Below are positions 22,625 through 34,200 of a DNA stretch of 64,000 nucleotides, in pieces. The position numbers were made by a program, and so were the translations under genes. How positions within the stretch are numbered: position 1 is the first letter of the stretch; the number at the start of each line of letters is the position of its first letter. The stretch comes from Cirrosporium novae-zelandiae (Eukaryota). The stretch is from positions 1 through 64,000 of the forward strand of contig JAPETS010000020.1 in assembly GCA_026023565.1 (NCBI GenBank). Direction: 5' to 3'. The notes under the pieces are model-generated. The model was not told the DNA's origin and did no database searches. It saw only the letters and a program-made list of their open reading frames with translations.

Positions 22625-24383
22625 ATGTTTCAAGCCTTATTTTCAGAGCCTTCTCAAGTTTTGCGGCGCTGCTGTGATGTCGGCAAACTCGATGTTTCAC
22701 GCCAGAATGTTTTTGTAGCCGCGATAGCCATTTCGTCCAGCTTAGTACGTTAAGATCTCACACATATCCTATTTGATTCTAATTATGCACAGTACCTCTG
22801 CTACCTGCTAGCAGTCGTGGTGTACAATGTTTACTTTCATCCTTTATCCAAGTTCCCCGGCCCCATTTGGTGGGGTGCGACTCCCATACCCTACGTATGG
22901 TATCAGATCACCGGACGGCTCCCATTTGTATATGAGCAACTCCATGAAAGATATGGGGACGTGGTTCGTGTGTTGCCTTACAAGCTCTCGTTCCGAACGC
23001 CTGCCGCCTGGAGAGACATATATCAAATCCGGCCGAAGCAAAAACTGATGACAAAAGACCCTAAGAGCCTGAAGCCAGGATCCGAGGGCGTTTACAACAT
23101 CATTACGAGCTTCAATGCAGCAGAGCATTCTCGCTATCATGGAAAGTTAAGTCCGGCCTTCTCAGCCCAGGCAGCCCAAGCGCAGGAGCCGATAGTTATG
23201 CACCACGTTGACCTGTTAATGAAAAGGCTGCACGAATGCTGTGTCAAAGGACCCCAGAACATAGTAAAATGGTCAAACATGATTTACTTTGACATCGTCG
23301 CTGATTTGACCTTTGGCGAATCTCTTCACAGTCTTGAAAAGGGGGAGCCACATTCTTGGCTCAAGGGTCTTTTTGGTAGTACGATGACTATGATCACATT
23401 TCACAGAGCGATAGGGCAGTTCCCGCATATTGCAAAGTTTTTAAAGTACTTTACTCCGCAGGTGTTGATAGACCAGCAAGTGAAACACAATGACTTTGTA
23501 CGCCAGAGCGTTGAGCACCGCATGGCATCAAAAACAGACCGTCGTGATTTTATGAGCTACATTCTCCCGTATGATGAGAATTCGGCTTCCATGAGCATGT
23601 CGGAGGTGCGAGCAACATACGGCACTCTGATGCTCGCCGGTAGCGAGAACGTGGCAACAACATTCTCGTTCACGATATACCACCTCCTCAAGAATCCAGA
23701 CGCGATGAAAAAACTCGTAAGTGAAGTCCGACACAACTTTTCCAGCGCAGATGAGATCGACTTCCGGGCGGCCAACAGTCTGAAATATATTTCGGCCGTT
23801 GTCAACGAATCTATGAGAATTCATCCGGCGGCACCGACATCTCAGCCGAGAGTTGTTCCTGAAGGTGGTGCCACTGTTGCGGGATACTGGGTTCCGGAAG
23901 AGGTAAGAATATCATTTACTTATCCTTTCGTATCCCCTCTCCAGGGGCCATTTCACATGCTAGAATTAGAAAACTTCCTGACCTCCATTTTACCTGTAGA
24001 CAAGAGTTGCAGTCCCGCCTTACTGCATGCACCACTCCCCACGATACTTCAAAGATCCCGAATCCTTCATCCCCGAGCGCTGGCTCGGCGACCCACGCTT
24101 CGACTCGGACAACCGAGGTGTATTCCATCCATTCCAATTAGGGCCCAGAGCATGTGCGGGACAAGTGTGAGTGAACTTGATGTCGACACCACCTACCAAA
24201 ACTAATCGAATTCTTAGTCTGGCGTTGGCGGAACTTCATATTGTGCTAGCAAAACTCCTGTGGAATTTTGATCTCCAGCTTGATGAGCGATGCGAAAACT
24301 GGGATGAGAATATGAAAATATTTCATCTGTGGCAATTACAACCTCTATATGTTCAGCTGCAGCCTGTACAGGAACGCATGTGA
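22625..24383 (+). CDS. Cytochrome P450 monooxygenase (secondary-metabolism type, 4 exons)
   Basis: N-terminal membrane anchor plus FHPLSKFPGP; I-helix AGSEN; ExxR (NESMR); PERW; heme-binding FQLGPRACAG. First exon 22625-22744 splices in frame. Confidence 0.94.
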
Positions 24384-25413
24384 TGGAACTGTGAGGTTAG
24401 CCTTGTGGATTGTCGTCAGGCTGATTAAAACGAATAGATATTTGCTGCAAGTCACTCTAAATCAGTTGTTGTAGCTAAAAATACCGGTTTCACTTCAAGT
24501 TCCATACCTAAAAGTCATGATAACTAGTTGATAACTAGTTAACTCGAAGTTGTATTCGTATCAGCAATATTGACTCAAGTTATTTTCTTGGCTCGGTTCG
24601 TTGGAGCTTAAGATAGCCACCCACGCCACCCCTGGCTGCTGTACGTAGGTGGTGGTTGGCCAAAGGTTCTGTCAGTTAGTTTATTTCAATCACCAACACC
24701 CTTTCTTTACCCCTTTTTCTTTTTTCTCATTACCCCTGATATCAAAGTCGATTCTTTCCCTCTTGTTCTCTCCCCCTACTTTACTTGGCTCTATACTTTT
24801 ATTTATATATCCTATATCCAAATACTAATAAATAGTAGAAAACATGGGATCAGGTTTATTAATTCATAAAATGGAATAAATCTAGTGCGCGTGGATCAAG
24901 GAGTTTATTACTTAATTAATTGATTAGCCATGTCTCTAGTCAAGATAAATCGACCACCTATTAAACATGTAGATTGATGGGACAAGCCAGTGATATCTCC
25001 TCCCTCGTAACTAATGGCCATACATAGGTATGAAAGGACATGGAAATCCTTAGTATATAATTTATATTTCCCCCGAGCTGGAGTCTTCTAGAGTTACAAT
25101 ACCAATAAGAAGTAAGTGGTATGTCCGACCTTGCTCTGTCCTTGTCCCTTCTTCATAGATACATAACATAATTAACACAACGTTTTAAGAATGCTCTTTA
25201 CAAGAATAACCAAACGCAAAAGCAATCTCATAATGCATTAAACCATTAAGCCATTAAAAGAATGCTTGGAACCAGACACATCAAATCTGGAAACCACAAA
25301 ACGTAGTGTCGGCCCGGAAAGCAATAAATCGGATTGGAGACTTGAGGGCGCTCATCTTATCCCCTCTTTACAGCTTTCCATCTCTTTCTTATCTTGTCTC
25401 TCTTAATATATAT

Positions 25414-27508
25414 CTAGGTAAAACTCCCCGGAACGTGCTGGACCTCTTCGTTCCCCTTTTCTCTTACACCGTCAAATGGATTTCCCCATACCTGCTCAAG
25501 TCCACTCCCACTTCGATCTCTACCTTCTACCCAGTACTCCTTCTCCTCATCCACGAAATGGCTCTGTTCTCTTGTCAACGACTCATCTGTCGAAGATGAA
25601 GATGATCGTCGAAATGATACCGAGGACGCCTTTGTGGTTGTGCTGCTACGGTGTTCCTCCCCAGAACTTCTCGGCTCTGCCTCATTATCTGCATCGTGGT
25701 CGCGTTCCGAGTCTTCCTGATCGGTGTCCTCATTACTGGTATCCATAATAGGCTCCGCATTCACAACTAGCTTTTTTCGACTAGGATTTCGGGGTGGGAG
25801 AGCAGGAGTAGGGCGCTTAGGGATGGTTACGAGCTTGGCCTGGAAAAGCCGTGAAGGCGACGCTTGAGCCGCTTGAATTGTTGTGGGTTCGTGGACTTCT
25901 TCGTGTTCTTTGTCAAATTCTCTACTGGGGAGAGGGGGTGTGATTGTGAGGCGTGGTTGTTGACGGCTGTTATCTTTGTTATCATCTTCGTTGTTATCAG
26001 TTTTGTTTTTGGACTTTTCTCCTTCAGCCTCGTCGGGGTGGATGCCATTGTGGTCATATTCTTCTTCCTCAGGAACTGAGGGCGTATAAGCTGAAGGGCT
26101 GTGGGTTATAGGAGAATATGACGGATTGAGATCCTTCAGACCCTGTTGCACTTCCTCATCCACTGCAGTCTGAGTCCCTCGATCCGAGTACATGCTTCGT
26201 AGGCTAGCTGTACTTTTTCTCCAACTACTTCTTCTCCTCGCATCGACATCCATACTTCGTCTCGCAAAGCTGGTTCTCCATAGTGGACTCGAAGGGGCAG
26301 GAGAAAACTGAAATACTTCAAGAGAGGGTCGTTTTTCTGTGCCTGCCTCATGGATTTCGATGCCTGCACTCTCAAGAGCGAGAACGCCGTATGGATCAGG
26401 GTCATCTTCTGCCGGAACACTGAAAGGGAGCTCTTCAGGTTCTTCTTCGATTTGGAGGTTAGCTTCGGTCTGCCAATCCACGTCCATATCTGCGGTTGAT
26501 TCACCAGCCGGGATTACGCTTTCATCGACATCGCTGTCGCCTTGTGCGGCTTTGATCGTCTGCATGAGTGTTCGAATACTGAGTGGTGGATGGTTCGCTT
26601 TCCCGGCTAGGATGTCGGCAGATGGAATGCGTTGACCATAGAATCGTTCATTCTCGTCCCCCCGTTCGATAAGGACGGTTCCGTCTATCTGAACGCCGGC
26701 ATAAAAGCCTCGACTCTTCAGATATGTCCATATTGGTGCTTGGCGCTTGTGAACTTCTGACTCCAAGATGCCCCCAATACCAACGGGGCCAGCAACAGCG
26801 CTCAACTCGCCGCCAAGAGTACAGCGCGCAGTCTTCGTAAATGCCTCAAGAGCTTTCTCGGTATTAATGACAATGACGCAATCATAAATATCGACACCAA
26901 CGAGGAACCCGATGCCTGCAGTATGTAGAAGAATACCCGATGGGGGTGACCATGAGCCGTCGGGTAGGCGGGCGACAAGGACTCCACTTCCACCAGCGCC
27001 GGAAACCCAAAGGCCGGTGCGCATGGTGGTGAAAATAGCGAGGCCTTTTGCATTTTGAATCACCTGTATAAGTTAGTATTATAAATCCATTGTAAATTCT
27101 GGGTCGCAAATATCATCTCACCTTCTGGGGAATTTTCTTGATGACCCTCTGCTTGCCTTTGGGTCCCTCGAGCTTCTCCCTAGTCCTCTCTATTTCGTCG
27201 GCTTTGCCTTGATCAACGCTTTCATAAAATCCATCTTTACAAAAACTTCTCAATATTCTGGCTGCCTTGTCGCATTCTTTGTCCATTGTCATTGGCCAAA
27301 AGGCCTCGGATCCTAGTTTGTTGGAGAGATTGTTGACGGGGGCGCCCGCTTTGTCCATGAGTTTCCATACCTTGTCAAAGGAGGCTTTGGAAGAGTGCTT
27401 CGCTTTTTGCCATTTTGAGGGTGAAGAGGACATGGCTACGGAGTAGGAGTAGGGACGAGCGATTCCGGTACGTTCAGGCAAAGTGAGGGGTTTGAGTTGC
27501 GAAGACAT
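25414..27508 (-). CDS. SYLF/Ysc84 actin-binding (DUF500) domain protein, Lsb3/Lsb4-like, with acidic/Pro-rich tail (2 exons)
   Basis: LGSEAFWPMTMDKECDKAARILRSF; AKGLAIFTTMRTGLWVSGAGGSGVLVAR; YLKSRGFYAGVQIDGTVLIER; PxLPPR motif. Confidence 0.9.
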
Positions 27509-29932
27509 CCAAAGGGTTATGTTATGAATATGGTATTATTGGATTATTGGGAGAGGCTGAGGCTGAGGCTGATGGACAGGGACGTTGTTGTGATGGGTGA
27601 CACAGGAGGGAAAAAAGCAAAGAGTATTAAAAATAAAGAAATGAAGAAAAGCAAGTTGTAATCTTGATGGTGGATCAGGTGCATCGGTTGAGAAATACTG
27701 CTTGCTGATGAAGCGGGTGTTGGATGATGGCGTTCCTTGAAAGTAGATTATCGAGCAATGAAGACAAGGCAACGCCCGTTGCAGCCGGAATTCGGGATAG
27801 CGACGTCATGACCCCCCCATGGCCCCCCCATGGCCCCCCCATGGCTCTCATAGCCCCCCCGACCACCCCGACCCCCTCGACCTTGTTCGGAAATCAATGT
27901 CAGCAAAGACCACCACCAGGGTCAAGCCCTTGTCAAGTCCTTGTCATTTACCTTTCCTTTACCTTCCTTTACCTTTTCTTTTGCTCAACATCACTCGAAT
28001 CGTACCACTTATTGGTCAACAGTCCAATCGATGTGAAATACTCAATTTCAACTTCTATATCACCAGGAACAATTCAGTCTTACACTTCTAACATTTCAAA
28101 ACTTTCATCTCTTGTCGCCATCATGGCCAAACAATACCTAGTGATATCCTGCAGCATATAACCTAGTTCATCCTACAGGCATGCAGTCCCGACAGGAGAT
28201 ATCAAATGAACTGTTTTCGAGTCATTTGCATGATTGATTGATCGATTGATGAGTTTTCATCCATCCTTCAAACTTTTATCATCCCCATCCGTGCAACTTT
28301 GGGTTATGCCGGAACTTTACTATGAACTTACCCCTGAATGATAAGGTCTTCTGCTGCAACATCTCTTTCCCGAAAGGGCACCTTGTACAAGGACAACATA
28401 CTTTCAAATTCTATTCTTGAGTGTATCTCAGATCCATATCCCATATCCATTCAAAGCTCTTCCCGTTGACATCAAGTTTTCCTTTGTATTCGTTCTTCGC
28501 CGAGAACAATGGCCGGAAATCCAACCGACCAAACCTTACATACACATTCAATGCAGCTCTATATTCTTGAAGTCTAAATGCATACCCCTAAGGGACTGAT
28601 TTTTAATGTGGTCAGCGTGTTTGTCCTGAATGACTGTCCGTTCTTCCTACGCAAATATCCCCCGTTCAATGAAATGCTACTGAGCCCCACAGGTTCTTTG
28701 GGCTTTCATGTCTCTAGATGCAGGACCTGGGGTTAATTCCATGTCTGGTGAAATTCGATGCTGCATTAAGGATGTCAACATGGAGTTCTAGCTTCTAGCC
28801 TTATGGTTGCTTCGGTTGATTTCTAATACCCATTCATAAAGTACCATGCAGATGAACTGTTGTGTATCCATGACTGCCTAGAATAATTTCCATTCCTTGG
28901 GTGCAAATACTCCAATCACCGTTTCCCTTATTCAGCACAAGTAAGTAGGATATTAACGGTACTCAAAAACAGCAGAATTAGTCAGTTCACGTCATCAAGG
29001 TCTTGGAACAAAATAAATTTCTAATCAAATCCGATTTCCGCATCAAGCCAATGGCAGGGTTTTAGGTGAAATAAAGGACATCCATATTTCTTTATATGGA
29101 ATGGGCACGAACGATCTAGGATTGTATGGTCCCTGGTCCATGTGTGTGGGGTCTTTTTCGGATCCAATCCTTTGGCACCCTAGTATGAACCGCCAGAGGT
29201 GTTGATGGCCCTTGTTAGATATTTGAAGCAGTGAGCAAGCATTTGATATTGATGTCCCTGCCACACGGATTCTTTTTGTTTTCCTTGTCTTTCCGTCTCC
29301 AATCTTTCTCTAGCCCTCCACCTTTAACCCTATACTACCTCTACTAGGATTGATGGCAGAAGACATGGAATCAAGACAGAAGGCCGATTCGTGATGCTCG
29401 CTTCCACTGGAACAAGTAGGACATGATCGCCGATGTCGACTTTTTTTTAGGTTTCTGTACATTACCGACTTCTCCTTCTCGCCTCGGATGATAGCAACAA
29501 TGAGCTCTTGGGCTGAAGAAAGATTCCAAGTCGATATTTATTCCAGGTTCAAGGCTCCACGTCTTAGAATGTCCCAGACTATTCGGCCCCTTATTCCTTA
29601 TGGAGACACATTATCGGCATGGAATTCAGTTAGCTGATATTAACAACAATTATACATCATCGCCATCCGACCCAAACACCCCCGGAATCTTAAAGGTTTC
29701 CAGGTACCATTTTATATGCAAAGAAGATTAAATTTCTAAAAGGATCAGCGGAACCGGTTCCATTATCTAAAAAAGCTTACCGAACACGAATTCTCTCGGC
29801 ATAAAACCCTAAACCCACACACCAACCAATTATCCATCCAATCAAAAACAAAAACTCTGATGACATTCTTACCCAACCACAAAAAAAAAAAGATAAATCA
29901 CTCAAGAACAAAATTTTCTTAATTTCTTTTGT

Positions 29933-30016
29933 AGGTCCTACCCGGAATCGAACCGGGGTTACCGGAAAGTTCTGGAAAATCAGAATCCGATGTGCTAACC
30001 GCTACACTATAGGACC
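29933..30016 (-). tRNA. tRNA-Gln(CTG) with 12-nt intron
   Basis: GGTCCTATAGTGTAGCGGTTAGCACATCGGATTCTGA[intron]TTCCGGTAACCCCGGTTCGATTCCGGGTAGGACCT forms a canonical cloverleaf. Confidence 0.95.
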
Positions 30017-30409
30017 GCCTTTTTTTTCGGTTGTGTTGAAAGAAGATCTGACCTTCAACTGTGTTCACCAGGTTTGGTATTTACGTTTTTATAACGATGA
30101 TTCTTTCGGCGATGTGACATGTCACTACGATTCCCGACAGAAAGAAAGAAAATGAAATTAATGAAAAAATAGGCGGGGAAAAGATACCTCAGACCTTCGG
30201 CCATCCCAAACTATTTAAACGGTCGCTCGCCGTGTACATCCTCCGCGGTATTCCACCACCCTCTCTTTTCCATTTCCATTCCCCCGTATCCACCCCATCT
30301 GAGATGGAACAAGATAAAAAAGATGATTACGACTTTTACAGCATATGATACCCGAACTTTCCTTTCTTTTTTTCTTTCTTCCCAAAAAACGTCCCTCGCT
30401 TCTTTGTAT

Positions 30410-31150
30410 GGAAACCTGATTCCCAGAACAAACAAAATCCAAGAAAGAATACAGACACCCCACCTTCGATTCATCTCAAAGAAGTCTAGATATATCTTTA
30501 TTGCATCATTATTCAACAGATACCGCAAAAAGCTGTTAATAGCCCAAGAGGAAAGTTCGCTTAATAGGGACTTGGTTACCAACACAACCAAAATTCAGAA
30601 AGCACACAAGACACCCCACCCACCTTTGACTCACTCGCTCTCAAAGAAGTCTAGATACCTCTCTACCGTATCACAATCCAACAGATATTATAAAAGAAAT
30701 ATCAATAACCCGAGAGGCAGGTTAACACAGGATGCTATTAAACGCCATACTTGATATGGGGATCTAATTCCCAAAGAAACCGACAACACCTAAGAAAGAG
30801 CTCAAGACACCCACCCAACCCACCTTTAATGCACTGACTCTTAAAGAAGTCTAGATATATCCCTACTATACCGCCACCATTTAATAGATACCGCAAAAAG
30901 ATATTAATAACCCAGGAAGCAAGTTAACAATACTATTAAACGCCACGCTTGATATAAAGATCCAATCCTCAAAACAACCAACAACATCTCAAGAAAGAAG
31001 ACAAGACATCCACCCACCTAACCCACCTTTGACTTATTCATTCTTAAAGAAGTTTAGATATATCCCTTACCGCACCACCACCATCTAACAAATACGAGAA
31101 ATATTATATAGCCCAGAAAATAAAATAATAGAATATTGCTAAACGCCACC
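30410..31150 (+). repeat. Degenerate tandem repeat, about 4 units of roughly 165-203 bp
   Basis: Core AAAGAAGT(C/T)TAGATA recurs (GAAGT at 30481, 30646, 30846, 31049), with shared flanks AGACACCC...CCACCTTT, AATAACCC/AATAGCCC and TATTAAACGCCA. Confidence 0.85.
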
Positions 31151-31204
31151 CACCCACCCAGAAACACTATTCAATAAAAATTCCACACAACTAGCCAGCC
31201 TGTA

Positions 31205-31252
31205 TACATACATACATACATACATACATACATACATACATACATACATACA

Positions 31253-31280
<28 letters not shown>
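31205..31280 (+). repeat. (TACA)19 microsatellite
   Basis: Perfect tetranucleotide tandem. Confidence 0.97.
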
Positions 31281-31286
<6 letters not shown>

Positions 31287-34200
31287 CACATTCCACCACC
31301 CCTCCTTCATGCTCCATACTCTATGCTCTATGCCCTACCTCAGTAGCCAACCCCCCTCCAAGTAAAATCACATCATCTTCAAACCCATCCACATTTTTTG
31401 ACAGACAGACGAGGGAGGAGTGCCTAGTCCCTAATTGTTCTAAGAATTATATTTTAAACCAAAAATATTTCCCCTATTTTCGTGTTGCTACAGTACTTTT
31501 TTTGTATTTTATTTTATTACTTGCCCAATGCCCGATCCTGGAAACTAGACAGCAAAGTGTGGTAGTTATGTACTATATATGCACAGTAGTACATGTACTA
31601 TGGGGTTTAAGGTGGGGAGGGTAGTGGGGTAGTGGGTAATAAGGTACACAAAGATCTTGTTGTAGATTCATAGATAAGGGTCCTGGAATTGACTAAGTGC
31701 ATATATATATAGATATATACATCTAGCTTCATACACCTACTACCACTCCTTAGTACTTTCGTACTTCATGTTCTATACCTACACCTATCCCCCATACCCA
31801 CCTCTAACTCTCAAACATCCAATCTCCAACCTCCTCACACATCACCCTCACATATCACCCCCACTGATAACCATTGCTACTAGTAGTAATCGCTACTAGT
31901 TCCTAAAGACCCTATTATCCCATATTCCATATCCCATAAAAATAGAACCCTTTCATCCTTCTAATAATAATATAGGAGTACGGGAAGATAAGGATAAGGA
32001 TAAGTAAGGAGTAAGAAGGACTACTGTACTACGGTAGAAACTAAAGAAGAAAGCTAAAAGAGAGACGGGGGGGGGGGGAGGATAAGCTATCTTATGCTTT
32101 CTTTCTTTGCTTAACGTTTCCCTAGAGGGGATAGTGAAGAGAGTAAAGGAGGTGAAAGGGAGAGAGAGAGAAAAGGGGGGGTTAAGGGGAGGGTATTATA
32201 TAAATCCCATAAATCGAATAAATTATATATCACTTGCTTTATTTGCAACGGGTTTGTTAATCTGGTTTGTTAATCTGGTTTGTTAATCAATCAATCAATC
32301 AATCAGTAGTGTTTATATATAAAAGGAGATAAAAGGAGGGATAGGAGGAGATGAATGATATATTCACATATAAATTGTACTATATTCTATATACACACTG
32401 GGTATCTAAATCAGGATATGGAATGGAAATGGAATAGAAGAGAATAATTTGTGATTTATGCATGTATATATAGGGTTTATAATTCATAATTCACATACAA
32501 CTAACTATATTTGTATCCTTTAAAGACCCATCCATCCATTCATTCATCCACACTCTCACATATATTCATATCACATACACACATCACACACACAACAAAC
32601 CTTACTCCTACCACCCACAATCAAGCCTTCAAAAAAATAAAAAAACAAAAACAACAACACCAACCCTATTCTCCATCCCCTTTATTCCCCAAGAAATCTC
32701 TCTCTCTTATTTAGGGAGGGGGAAAGAGAAGGGAAGGGATTTCATGGTGTTGTGGGAGGGGATAGGGGGGATATATATAGATGTATAGGTATATATGTAT
32801 GGCAACAAATCCCTTCAAGCCAACCAACCAATCCGTCAGCAAAAAACCAAAAACCAAAAAAAAACCAACTAAAAGAAAGAAAGAAAGAAAGAAAGAAAAA
32901 AAAAATACTAGTTTTAATTTCAAATATCTATCCACCCACCCCATCTGCCACTTTATTTTATTCCACTTTATTTCACTTTATTTCACTTCATTCCACCCCC
33001 ATCTATCCATCCAACATTCCACTTATTCCACTCCCTCCTATTTTTCTTTTTCTTTTTTTTTTTGGGGGGGGGTCCCGTGTTCGTTTTTATAACATTGGTA
33101 TTATGCATTGTTGGTATTGGTATTGGTATTAATAGGGGGGGGGGGGGTTCTGAGATGGGGGGTTTTGGTAGTGGGGGTAGGATAGTAGAGGGGATGGATA
33201 AAGGGTGATTAGTGATATATCTCCCTTTAGCCAGTATACACATACACAATCTACTTATCCACCCATGCTTCTTCAAACCATCCAAACCCACCAGTAGATA
33301 AATAGGGAAATATAAAATAACAAAAGCATACTTTAATGACTTGCTTAACTGCTCACTTGTTTGCTTTACCCCTATCTCTATCTATCTTTCTTTCTTTCTT
33401 TCCTGCTTTCTTTCATTCATTCTTTATTTATTGGTTGGTTTATTTTGATGGTTTTGGAGAGATGGGAGATGGGGATAGCGGATAGCGGATAGCGGATAGA
33501 TACTGTAGTATGAAGAGTGAGATTGTAGATTGTAGAAGGATAAGAAAAAGGGAAAGGGGTGTATAGATATAAATAGATATACACATAGAGAGAAAGAGGA
33601 AGGGGGGAGGGAGGATATGATTGTTAGATTAATTAAAACCTTGATATTTTATATTTAAAAAGTATGGTGTCATTGGTAGAATTCGTCGTCAGTACTGTAC
33701 TATTAGAAATAAATATGGTATATGTAGTGAGTGCATTTTTGATATCTCTCCTCGGGTTTCAAATATTTTTTTGGAGGGGGCGTTGTGGGGTAAGGATTGA
33801 GATTGTTATTGAGTTGTTAAGCGTTGTTGCTGTCTTATTATTATTATTATTATTATTTAGTTTTGAGTCATAGCTGTGGAGTAAGTATGATATTGGTAGT
33901 ATCCTAAATTCGGATTTTGAATTGATGGTGCTTGGGTTTGGCAGTTTGGGAGGGGGGAGGGGGTTGATTTAAATGGCGATAACGAGGGATGAAGGTAATA
34001 CGGGTGCGTTGACTTGGATGTATTGTACTGTACATAATAAACGCCTGCATAAATCCCGTAAGCATTTTATTTTCACGACTCACCCATTTACCAATTCACT
34101 CAGCCACCACTACTACCAAACGCCACAGCCGTGTTTCGTTAATCACTCCTCTCCTCCTCCTCCTACGGTTCTCTCACCAACAAGCCTACCACAATGGTAA

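Noticed and set aside
30410..31150. CRISPR-like array
   Set aside because: The context is eukaryotic, whole units rather than short repeats are homologous and degenerate, there are no unique spacers and no cas genes.
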